Below, in pieces: positions 18,104 through 26,350 of a DNA stretch of 64,000 bases. Every line of letters starts with the position of its first letter. Position 1 is the first letter of the stretch. Made by a program: the position numbers and the translations under genes. The notes under the pieces were generated by a model, which saw nothing but the letters and a program-made list of their open reading frames with translations, was not told the DNA's origin and did no database searches. The stretch spans positions 4,660 through 68,659 of the forward strand of contig CAZCAV010000004.1 of the NCBI GenBank assembly GCA_964496795.1, in the 5' to 3' direction. The stretch is from an uncultured Oscillospiraceae bacterium (GTDB lineage Bacteria > Bacillota > Clostridia > Christensenellales > CAG-138).

Positions 18104-19858
18104 CTAGCGCAGTATGTAATCGAAGCTCTGATAGCGCGGCGGGATCACCGGAAGCTGCAGGCAGGAAGCATACTGTCCTCCCGTATGAACAACCGGCCGT
18201 CCCTGATTATCCGTCACCCATTTCAGACGCTCGAACCAACCCGCATCGCGCAGATACCTGCCCGCTATTTGCAGCCGTATGGTCTCTCCCTTGTGCCAGA
18301 TACGGCAATAGGGCACAAAGCAGACGTCGATAGGCACGATCTGGCCCGCCGAAAGCTTCTGCTCCTCGTCAAAGGACTGTACGGGCTTCTCGGGCCTGCT
18401 GTTTTTCGCCAGCTTGCGCATTGAGACGCGCAGCTTGCTCCATGCGCCCGGATGCGGCTCGTTCAGTACGGAGACGGGGATCTCCCGCCCGCCTTCGCCA
18501 AGCTTCTTGACCGTAAAGAACAGATCGGCGTCGTCGTATCCCTCGACGGACACAAACGCGTGCAGGCTCATGTAGCCCGTGATCTCCGTTTCCTCGGGCA
18601 CGGCATAGTCAAAATTGAGCGTGCCGTTTTCGGGATCGAAGGACGCGCTTGCCTCCTGTGCGGGCGCCTCGGGCGTCATAGCGCCGGAGGCGGCGTTCAG
18701 GTACAGCTTGCGGTACCGTGTGCGCGCCGGCGGAAATTCCTTTTCGGGGCGCGCGGCCTGATAATCGTAATCAAACGCGTCCATGACCTGCAAGCGAACG
18801 CGCGGCACAAACTCAAAGCCGTTATTGATATCCTTCAGGAACCGGTCGAAAAACCCTGTCAGCTCCTGAATATTGTAATAATCATAGGTGTCCGGCCACT
18901 CAAATTCGCGGTGCGTACGCATCCACTTGTTCCGCGATTTGATGCCGCGAAAGCCTTCAAACGAGCCAATGATATGAAAGTGATTCCAGCACGCGGTGTA
19001 ATAGGTCGGAATGCGAATGTTGGCGTATTGCGGGATCTTGTCCTGCCAATATGCGTTGCACAGCGGATACGCCTGCGCCATAGCCAGCGGATCCTCTATA
19101 TAGCCGTTGCCGGCGACCATGCCGATCACGCTCTCCGAATACAGGCCGAATATGCCGCCCTCGCGCAGGGATTCGCGGTACAGATCGCCTGTCGCCTCCC
19201 ATGGCGCAATGCAGACAAGATGCGGCGGGATCTCCGCCGCGATGCGAAGCTGCGCCATGCCGACGCCGGAATTGCCGAACATGCCAACGCGGCCGTCGCA
19301 CCACGGCTGCGCGGCGCACCACTCGATAAAGTCATACCCGTCGCGGCCCTCCTGCACGCCCATGAATACCGCATCGCCCTCGCTGTGGCCGATGCCGCGC
19401 GGATCGATGTTCGCAACGCCGTAGCCATGACGGCACCAGTAAGCGGGATCGGCGGATTCAAATTTAGCCATTTTTGACACCGTATGCGGGGGAACGCCCA
19501 TCAGCCGCCATTCGTCAAAGCCCTCGCCCGGACGCTTGCCAAACGGGCTCCACGAGCAGATGACCGGCACGGGGCCGCTCCCCGCGGGCAGGAAGACGTC
19601 CGCATAAATGATCGTTCCGTCACGCAGCGGCACCGCCATGTCCTGATGGCAGCAGACGTCCTTTGCCGCCATATAGCTGCGCTGGTTGAAATCCGCCACG
19701 AATGAGAACATGTCCCTCTTTTCCGGCGGCAGAGCGTCCTGCTCCGCACGCGAAAGCGGTTTGCGAAGCTTACGGTATATTACATCGACCGTTTCGTCGC
19801 CAAAGCGGGTCGGCACGATCTTGTATCGGGGGTCGTTTCTGAAATCGTTCAACGTCAT
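18104..19858 (-). CDS. CocE/NonD-family alpha/beta hydrolase (S15 X-Pro dipeptidyl-peptidase-like esterase)
   Basis: The 584-aa product has the nucleophile-elbow-like motif MFGNSGVGM and a long C-terminal extension typical of this family. Confidence 0.7.
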   Translation of the reverse strand: MTLNDFRNDPRYKIVPTRFGDETVDVIYRKLRKPLSRAEQDALPPEKRDMFSFVADFNQRSYMAAKDVCCHQDMAVPLRDGTIIYADVFLPAGSGPVPVICSWSPFGKRPGEGFDEWRLMGVPPHTVSKMAKFESADPAYWCRHGYGVANIDPRGIGHSEGDAVFMGVQEGRDGYDFIEWCAAQPWCDGRVGMFGNSGVGMAQLRIAAEIPPHLVCIAPWEATGDLYRESLREGGIFGLYSESVIGMVAGNGYIEDPLAMAQAYPLCNAYWQDKIPQYANIRIPTYYTACWNHFHIIGSFEGFRGIKSRNKWMRTHREFEWPDTYDYYNIQELTGFFDRFLKDINNGFEFVPRVRLQVMDAFDYDYQAARPEKEFPPARTRYRKLYLNAASGAMTPEAPAQEASASFDPENGTLNFDYAVPEETEITGYMSLHAFVSVEGYDDADLFFTVKKLGEGGREIPVSVLNEPHPGAWSKLRVSMRKLAKNSRPEKPVQSFDEEQKLSAGQIVPIDVCFVPYCRIWHKGETIRLQIAGRYLRDAGWFERLKWVTDNQGRPVVHTGGQYASCLQLPVIPPRYQSFDYILR

Positions 19859-19868
19859 ATTTCTTTCC

Positions 19869-20837
19869 TCAGCTCTCCAGAATTCCGGTGCACAGGGTCA
19901 CAAAGCGCGTCAGCTGCTCCTCGGAATCCACAGCGCTTGAAAAATGATGCCCTTCATATTCGCTCGCGATGTAGCCGCGATAGCCCAGGCCGCGTACGGT
20001 CCGGAGTATTTCCTCAAAGGGAATACAGGGATCGTGCCTGTCGTTTTCCAGATAATAGAACTTGCCGTGCATATAGAACGCACAGTCTATGATATCCTTC
20101 CACTGCTCCATACGCGCAGGCGCGGAAAACTTATGGAACATTTCCTCTGCGGTGCGCATTTCTATCTCGTTGAATCCCCGGCCCTCCAGCTCAGCCGCCG
20201 CCGCGCCGCGCGCGTGCATGGCGACGATCTCGTCGAGCTTGTCCCTGCGGCAGCCAAACTCTATCGCCTGATCCAGATACAGCTTGTGCGGCATGCGCTG
20301 GAAAATGGAAAAGTCGGGCACAAAGCCTAAAACGCCCTTTCCCTCGTGCTTCATAATGTCAAAGTATTCCTTCCAGACGGGCACCTCGGGATGATGGGGA
20401 TGGTGCATCTCGATGGTCAGCTTCATCCCAAGCTCCCTGCAGAAGGGAATCATCTTGCGAAAAATTGCCGGCGAGATCGCATGCTGCGTACGCACCATGG
20501 GAAATCCCGCGCGCTTGGCATACAATAGATCGTTGACTGTAAACTGTATGATCTCCTGCTCGGTCAGATCGCGGTCGGAGCGAATGCCCATATCGATGTA
20601 TGCGCTCCAGCAGACGGGCTCCAGCCCGTATTCCTCAAGCTTGCCGCGGAACCAGTCCAACCATGCGTCGGAGGGATACGGATATTCCGGAACCATCTGC
20701 GCCGCGACGATCTCTACGCCCTTATAGCCCATGCGGTGCGCCTTATCCAGCAGCTGCTCAAGATCCAGCCTTTCATGTATGTATTCTGTGGAAAAGCTGT
20801 ATAGCGACACGCCGAGCCTGATCTCTGTGTTTTCCAT
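19869..20837 (-). CDS. Xylose-isomerase-like TIM-barrel protein, candidate C-glycoside deglycosidase alpha subunit
   Basis: The 322-aa product starts MENTEIRLGVSLYSFSTEY. It lies 15 nt downstream of the 137-aa partner gene. The fold family is confident; the specific role is inferred from gene context. Confidence 0.7.
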   Translation of the reverse strand: MENTEIRLGVSLYSFSTEYIHERLDLEQLLDKAHRMGYKGVEIVAAQMVPEYPYPSDAWLDWFRGKLEEYGLEPVCWSAYIDMGIRSDRDLTEQEIIQFTVNDLLYAKRAGFPMVRTQHAISPAIFRKMIPFCRELGMKLTIEMHHPHHPEVPVWKEYFDIMKHEGKGVLGFVPDFSIFQRMPHKLYLDQAIEFGCRRDKLDEIVAMHARGAAAAELEGRGFNEIEMRTAEEMFHKFSAPARMEQWKDIIDCAFYMHGKFYYLENDRHDPCIPFEEILRTVRGLGYRGYIASEYEGHHFSSAVDSEEQLTRFVTLCTGILES

Positions 20838-20852
20838 GTTCCTTCCCTCCCC

Positions 20853-21266
20853 TTACGCGCGCAGCCTTTCGCTGCGATCGCTCTCCAGCACCAGGTATTC
20901 CCCGAAATAGCCGGTGTACGGTACGCGGTGACGCATCCTCACGCGCACCGTATGCTCTCCCGCGCTTAATGCGCCGCTGCTGCTCACGCGGATAACGGCG
21001 GGTGTGCGCACAAACCAGTATTCCTTAAAGCATTCCGGCAGCTCCGAGAGCAAAAACTGCTTCCCGTTCAGCACAAACGTCACGTCGCCGGCGTCTATGC
21101 CGTTTCCGTCCACCCAGATATCCAACGCTTCGATGCAGCTTAAAAAGGCGCCGCGATAGGACGGGTACTTGATCTGAAATTCATAGCCGACGCAGACGGA
21201 GCCCGCATAGACGTTTTGAATGTCCGTCGGACAGATCAATATCTCATTATAGGCTTGAAAATCCAT
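20853..21266 (-). CDS. 137-aa soluble protein, candidate C-glycoside deglycosidase beta subunit (DUF6379-like)
   Basis: The start is ATG 21266, preceded by GAGGGAGG at 6 nt. The product has no signal peptide or TM segment. Its size and its position directly upstream of a TIM-barrel gene match DgpB/CarC-type subunits; this is from recollection and is not aligned. Confidence 0.55.
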   Translation of the reverse strand: MDFQAYNEILICPTDIQNVYAGSVCVGYEFQIKYPSYRGAFLSCIEALDIWVDGNGIDAGDVTFVLNGKQFLLSELPECFKEYWFVRTPAVIRVSSSGALSAGEHTVRVRMRHRVPYTGYFGEYLVLESDRSERLRA

Positions 21267-21292
21267 AATCAGCCTCCCTCTCTTGTGACACA

Positions 21293-21444
21293 AGTATACT
21301 TCCTGCCGGCCAATATCACAGCTTGGTTTTTATCCATAATGAGCGTTAAATTCTATCCGCGTTTGGACAATTTGATTTTTTTGCTTCAAAAACTAAAATT
21401 CGGATAAAATTTATAGTGATATTTTTATCCTTCTATGATATACT
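21293..21444. promoter_or_regulatory. Divergent control region with three TTTTATCC boxes and two TATACT -10 elements
   Basis: The boxes are at 21327-21335 (+), 21402-21409 (reverse) and 21422-21430 (+). The palindromic AGTATACT at 21293-21300 could serve the minus operon. The extended -10 TGATATACT at 21436-21444 could serve the araC-type gene. Confidence 0.45.
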
Positions 21445-21467
21445 GCCGGCATGCGGGGAGGTGCGCC

Positions 21468-23903
21468 GTGGCGTCGCGTATTGAGGATTCGCCCATTGCA
21501 GAGATTCATATCGCATCCATTCAGGGCGCGCTTTCGCGCCGTACGCAGGACGTGTACTTTTTCCTTATCCTAAGCGGCGAGGCGGAGTTTCATTGCGGTG
21601 AGAGTATTTCGCACGCAACGCTGCACGACGTGCTGATGTTCCCCGCGGGCGAGCCGTTCAGCGCGCATGCGGCGGGCAGCAATCTGGCGCTGATCGTGGC
21701 TATGCGGGGCGATTTTTTTGCGCAGGGGCAGTCTGCGTTCCTTGGAACGTATATCTGTAATTCCGCGACCGACACGGAGCGCGATTACGCTATGCTGCGC
21801 AAGCTGCTTTCCCAGCTCGCGCTGACGCGCATCGAGCATGCCGACATTCACGGGATTCACGAGCGCGAGCTTGCTTACGCGCTGGTCTACTATATCAACC
21901 GCTATCACTATGTGCCGCATCCCTTTGCGTCAGAAGGAAGAGCCAGACAGAAATATGCCGCTCGCTATGCGGAGATCCGGTCCTATCTTGAACAAAACTA
22001 CCGGCAAACGGTCTCCCTGTCCGATCTGGCGGGACGCATGTATCTTTCGCCCGCATACCTGTCGCGTTTTATCAAGCAGTCGCTTGGCGCAAGCTTTATG
22101 GAAACGCTCAATCAGGTTCGGCTCCGGCATGCGGCGGAGGATCTGCTGCGCACGGCGCAGCCGTTGACCACCGTTGCCTACAATAACGGCTTTTCCAGCC
22201 TGAGCAGCTTTCACCGTCTTTTTACCGCGTTTTATTCGCTCACGCCGGCAGAATACCGCCGGCAGAACGAGCCGGCCGGCAGCCCCTCCGACGGTGCGGT
22301 CGTCGAGCAGCACGACTACGCGCTGGTCGAACGCACGTTATCCGAATTCGCCTCGCGCGGCGAGGGCGCGGCGACCGCCATTCGCTTCCCCGGGCAGGAG
22401 CTTTGCCGTGCGGAGGACGTTGGCGTCAGCGCGCCCGTTCTGCCGCTCTGGAATACGCTCATCAATATCGGTTACTCCGCATACCTGAACAATTCCAATC
22501 TGCAATCGCAGCTTGCCATGGCGCAGAGGGAAATCGGCTTTCGCTACGGGCGCATCCAGAGCGTGCTCAACGACGAGCTGCTCCCGCCGCTGTCCGGCGG
22601 AGGCTACAATTATTCGGATTTCGACCGTTTCATCGAATGGATGCTCTCCATCAATCTCACGCCCTTTCTGGATCTGACCTACAAGCCGAACTATTTGCTT
22701 CTGGACAGTCAAAGCGTGGTATATCCGTCCGCAGAACGCGACGCGGAGGGCTTCAATCGCTCGCAGCGCCGCTTTCTGGACAAGGTCTCCGCGCTGGTTC
22801 GCCACTGCATCAATACATTCGGAGCCTCCGAGGTCGAGCGCTGGGGCTTTGAGATCGGCTACATGCACGACGAGTACCTGTCGTTAACGGAAACGCCCGA
22901 CGCCTTTGTACAGCGGCTCTCCATCGCCTGCGCCTCCATCAAAAAGCTGCTGCCCGGCGCGATGGTGGGCGGCGTAAGCCATAACGTCGCCGTGTCTTCC
23001 AGCGTATTTGAACGCATCGTGAGCCGCATGGAGCACATGGGTTTCTCGCCCGACTTCATCTCCTTATGCTGCTTTCCCTATGAGCGCGCGTCGGGAAACG
23101 CGCAGCTGCCGCTCTATGTCTATTCCTCGGACCCCGATTACGCGCTGCACAAGGTGACCACCGTTAAGGATCTGCTTGCAGGTCATCCCTCCGTCACGCA
23201 GCGGCTGTACCTGACCGTGCTCGGCACGGACGTCAAGACCCGCAATCCGCTCAGCGACAGCTGCTTCCAGTCCGCGTTCATCGTCAAGAACACGATCGAT
23301 CTGTTGGGCATGGTGGAATTGATCGGGTACTGGCAGCTTTCGGATATCGGGACGGAATATGTGGACGCTGCGCGGCTGCTGTTCGGCGGCACGGGCATAC
23401 TCTCCAAGCACGGTCTGAAAAAACCCGGCTTTACGGCGCTCAAGCGTATGAATTATCTGCCCGCGCAGCTCATCAAAAAGGGCGACGGGTATTTGATCGC
23501 AACCAACACGCGCAATACCTACCATGCCGTTGTGTACAATTATGCGCATTGCTCGGACGTATTTTGCGTCGGCGACGCCTCCACGCTCCCTATCGAGGAG
23601 GTCTACTCCGTTTTCAACAACCCCTCCACCAAGGATGTGACCATCGAGCTTTGCCGCATGCCGGCGGGCCGCTACAAGGTCATCACCACCTCTCTCAACC
23701 GCGAAAACGGAAGCCTGCTGGACGAATGGCTGCGCTACGGCATACTGGACGATCTGCAGCCCCGCGACATCCACTATTTTCGCGACATCGTACATCCGCA
23801 GCGGCTGGCGCGCTATGTGGACTGCGCCGACGGCGTCTTGGCGCTGCACGCGCAGCTCCTGCCGCATGAGGTCAAGTTCTATGAGATTATCCGCGAGTTA
23901 TAG
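21468..23903 (+). CDS. AraC-family transcriptional regulator fused to a GH39-like TIM-barrel domain
   Basis: I prefer GTG 21468 as the start, with GGGGAGG 6 nt upstream. The product has an N-terminal cupin-like part and an AraC HTH (LSPAYLSRFIKQSLG ... YNNGFSSLSSFHRLF). The C-terminal ~500 aa include EVERWGFEIGYMHDEY, which resembles the GH39 strand-4 region. Confidence 0.75.
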   Translation: MASRIEDSPIAEIHIASIQGALSRRTQDVYFFLILSGEAEFHCGESISHATLHDVLMFPAGEPFSAHAAGSNLALIVAMRGDFFAQGQSAFLGTYICNSATDTERDYAMLRKLLSQLALTRIEHADIHGIHERELAYALVYYINRYHYVPHPFASEGRARQKYAARYAEIRSYLEQNYRQTVSLSDLAGRMYLSPAYLSRFIKQSLGASFMETLNQVRLRHAAEDLLRTAQPLTTVAYNNGFSSLSSFHRLFTAFYSLTPAEYRRQNEPAGSPSDGAVVEQHDYALVERTLSEFASRGEGAATAIRFPGQELCRAEDVGVSAPVLPLWNTLINIGYSAYLNNSNLQSQLAMAQREIGFRYGRIQSVLNDELLPPLSGGGYNYSDFDRFIEWMLSINLTPFLDLTYKPNYLLLDSQSVVYPSAERDAEGFNRSQRRFLDKVSALVRHCINTFGASEVERWGFEIGYMHDEYLSLTETPDAFVQRLSIACASIKKLLPGAMVGGVSHNVAVSSSVFERIVSRMEHMGFSPDFISLCCFPYERASGNAQLPLYVYSSDPDYALHKVTTVKDLLAGHPSVTQRLYLTVLGTDVKTRNPLSDSCFQSAFIVKNTIDLLGMVELIGYWQLSDIGTEYVDAARLLFGGTGILSKHGLKKPGFTALKRMNYLPAQLIKKGDGYLIATNTRNTYHAVVYNYAHCSDVFCVGDASTLPIEEVYSVFNNPSTKDVTIELCRMPAGRYKVITTSLNRENGSLLDEWLRYGILDDLQPRDIHYFRDIVHPQRLARYVDCADGVLALHAQLLPHEVKFYEIIREL

Positions 23904-23947
23904 CCCTCGGAAAGGTCGACGTATGGCTGTCAAAAAGCGTTTTTCGC

Positions 23948-24502
23948 ATGCGTAGAATTCAGACGCGAAGCATGATCCTTTGCGCATTGTTTGCCGCGCT
24001 GATCGCCGTGGGAGCGTTTATCCGCATCCCGCTCTCCGTTGTACCCTTTACCCTGCAAAGTCTATTTGTCCTGTTGGCCGGACTGCTGCTTGGAGGCAAT
24101 CTCGGCGCCGTTTCAGTCTGTTTGTATATTGCTATGGGTCTGCTGGGGCTGCCGGTGTTTGCCGAAGGCGGCGGCGTCGCCTATATCCTCAAGCCCAGCT
24201 TCGGTTATCTGATAGGCTTTGTCGCCGGCGCGTATACAGCGGGGCGCATCGCGCGCGCGGCCGTAAGCCCCGGATACGGACGGCTGCTGGCCGCAAGCTT
24301 CTCCGGTCTTGCCGTTATCTATCTGGTGGGCGTGACGTATTATTATCTTTTCAGCGCGCTGTATCTTCAAAACGCCGCCGGTCTGTGGCCGCTGCTGCTG
24401 TACAGCTCCGCGCTCACGATCCCGGGAGACGCCGTGCTGTGCATAGTCGCCGCGCTTCTCGGAAAACGGCTGAGCCCGATCCTAAGGAGGGGAGCCGTCT
24501 GA
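23948..24502 (+). CDS. bioY: Biotin transporter BioY (ECF S-component)
   Basis: The 184-aa polytopic product has the typical run FIRIPLSVVPFTLQSLFVLLAGLLLG ... PSFGYLIGF. Confidence 0.85.
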   Translation: MRRIQTRSMILCALFAALIAVGAFIRIPLSVVPFTLQSLFVLLAGLLLGGNLGAVSVCLYIAMGLLGLPVFAEGGGVAYILKPSFGYLIGFVAGAYTAGRIARAAVSPGYGRLLAASFSGLAVIYLVGVTYYYLFSALYLQNAAGLWPLLLYSSALTIPGDAVLCIVAALLGKRLSPILRRGAV

Positions 24503-24519
24503 ATCCTCCTGCGGCGCCC

Positions 24520-24858
24520 CTATTCCCTGATCCGCTGAAGCAGCTTGACCGCTTCGTCCGTTTTCAGAACCTTTCCGTATGAAACGACCCGACCGTCCAC
24601 AACGAGCGCGGGCGTCGTCATGACGCCATAGGCGGCGATCTGCGAAAAATCCGTAACATGGTCGATAGCCGTATCCATGCCAAGCTCCTGAAGCGCCTCG
24701 CGCACAGCCGTCTCCAGCGCGGCGCATTTGGCACAGCCGCCGCCAAGCACCTTGACGTGCGCGCCTCCGGCCTCGGCGGTTTCAGCGCTTTCCGCCTTCT
24801 CCGCCCCGCAGCGGCAGGCCGCGTCCCGTGTCTTGTTTCTCCCGAATAACGCCATCAT
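24520..24858 (-). CDS. Thioredoxin-fold small redox protein (redox-active disulfide protein 2 type) with N-terminal extension
   Basis: The product has the KVLGGGCAKC CxxC motif and TTPALVVDG. AGGAGG lies 5 nt upstream of ATG 24858. Confidence 0.8.
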   Translation of the reverse strand: MMALFGRNKTRDAACRCGAEKAESAETAEAGGAHVKVLGGGCAKCAALETAVREALQELGMDTAIDHVTDFSQIAAYGVMTTPALVVDGRVVSYGKVLKTDEAVKLLQRIRE

Positions 24859-24867
24859 CCGTTCCTC

Positions 24868-25866
24868 CTACAAAATCCATTTTTGAATCGCGCAAAAGAA
24901 GTATCCAACGCCGATAATGCCGCCCGCACAGATCCCGATGAACAGCGCCAGCAGCCTCGGCTTGACGGCCTTTCGGAGCATGATCAGGGAGGGCAGCGAA
25001 AGCGTTGTCACCGCCATCATGAAGGACAAAACGACGCCAAGCAGCGCCCCCTTGTCAAGCAGCGCCTCCGCGATAGGAACCGTACCGAAGATGTCCGCAT
25101 ACATGGGTATGCCGATGAGCGTCGCCAGTACTACGCCGAAGGGGTTGTTTCTGCCAAGCGCCCTCTCCACCCAGGACTCCGGAATCCAGTTGTGAATGGC
25201 CGCGCCGACGCCCACGCCGATTAGGATATATGGAAATACCTTTTTCCATGTGTCCAGCGCCCGTTCGCCGGCATATGCCAGCCGATCCCTCTGCGTCAGC
25301 ACGGGCGATTCGATATCCACGCAGCCGGCCGTCATAATAAAGCTCTCCACATATTTTTCCATGTGCAGGTTCTCGATCAGGGTCCCGCCGGCGATCGCGA
25401 TCAGCAAGCCCACGATCACATAAAGCGCCGCGACCTTCGCGCCAAAGACGCTCATAAGCAGCAGCAGCGAGCCGAGATCGACCATGGGCGAGGAAATCAG
25501 GAAGGAAAACGTAACGCCGACGGGCAGGCCTGCGCCGGTGAAGCCGATAAACAGCGGAATGGAGGAGCAGGAGCAGAACGGCGTTACCGTTCCAAGCAGG
25601 GCGGCGACACAGTTTGCGCCAAGGCCGTGAAAGCGTCCCAGTATCCTTTTGCTTCGCTCCGGCGGAAAATAACTCTGAATATAGCTGATAAGGAAAATCA
25701 ATATGCAGAGCAGTACCGATATCTTGACGCAGTCGTAAAGAAAAAAACGCAGGCTGCCAATCCACCGATCCGTCACGTCAAGCCCGAGCGACGACAGGCA
25801 TCGGCCGATCAGCGCGTTCAGCCATTCCATACCGAGAATTTCATTCTGAATAAAGCGCCAGATCAT
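24868..25866 (-). CDS. Permease of the COG0701/ArsP-like family
   Basis: The 332-aa polytopic product has the VTPFCSCSSIPLF motif. Its start overlaps the ArsR stop by 4 nt. Confidence 0.8.
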   Translation of the reverse strand: MIWRFIQNEILGMEWLNALIGRCLSSLGLDVTDRWIGSLRFFLYDCVKISVLLCILIFLISYIQSYFPPERSKRILGRFHGLGANCVAALLGTVTPFCSCSSIPLFIGFTGAGLPVGVTFSFLISSPMVDLGSLLLLMSVFGAKVAALYVIVGLLIAIAGGTLIENLHMEKYVESFIMTAGCVDIESPVLTQRDRLAYAGERALDTWKKVFPYILIGVGVGAAIHNWIPESWVERALGRNNPFGVVLATLIGIPMYADIFGTVPIAEALLDKGALLGVVLSFMMAVTTLSLPSLIMLRKAVKPRLLALFIGICAGGIIGVGYFFCAIQKWIL

Positions 25867-26159
25867 TCGCAGCCTCCGCTCCCCTGGTCGCAGCAGTTCA
25901 AATCCCCCATGAACTTCCGAAATGCGGCGAGCGTTTCACAGCGTATCGAATAATGACGCCATTTTCCCTCCCTGCGGGATGCAACCAGTCCGCATGCGCA
26001 AAGAATCCCCATGTGGTGGGACAGCGTAGGCTGCGTAATGGCAAACGCCTCCAGCAGCTTGCAGGCGCACAGCTCGCCTCCGGAAAGCATCCGCACGATT
26101 CTGAGACGGTTGGGGTCGCCTAAAGCCCTGCATATGCAGGCAACATGCGTCGGATCCAT
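25863..26159 (-). CDS. ArsR/SmtB-family metalloregulator
   Basis: The product has GDPNRLRIVRML, ELCACKL and the HTH ITQPTLSHHMGIL. I prefer ATG 26159 (GAGG upstream) over the track GTG 26171. Confidence 0.85.
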   Translation of the reverse strand: MDPTHVACICRALGDPNRLRIVRMLSGGELCACKLLEAFAITQPTLSHHMGILCACGLVASRREGKWRHYSIRCETLAAFRKFMGDLNCCDQGSGGCE

Positions 26160-26167
26160 AATGTACC

Positions 26168-26191
26168 TCACATTGATGAATGTCTATGTGA
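26168..26191. promoter_or_regulatory. Candidate ArsR operator (inverted repeat TCACAT-N12-ATGTGA)
   Basis: A perfect 6-bp inverted repeat lies immediately upstream of, and overlapping, the arsR-type 5' end. Confidence 0.4.
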
Positions 26192-26350
26192 TAGTGTAGA
26201 CCGGAGGCGTACGGATGTCAATATGAAATTGGAATGATTTGCGGGCTGCGCGGCAGGGCTTTTCGTCCGTCCTTCAGGCAGAGCCATATATCGTTGAAAG
26301 CATGATTTCCCCTCCCCGCACAGACCCGTACGGCGATCAAGAAAGCCGTT

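Noticed and set aside
23904-23947. A BirA operator or riboswitch upstream of bioY.
   Set aside because: The gap is only 44 nt and has no TGTAAACC-type inverted repeat. Nothing can be supported.
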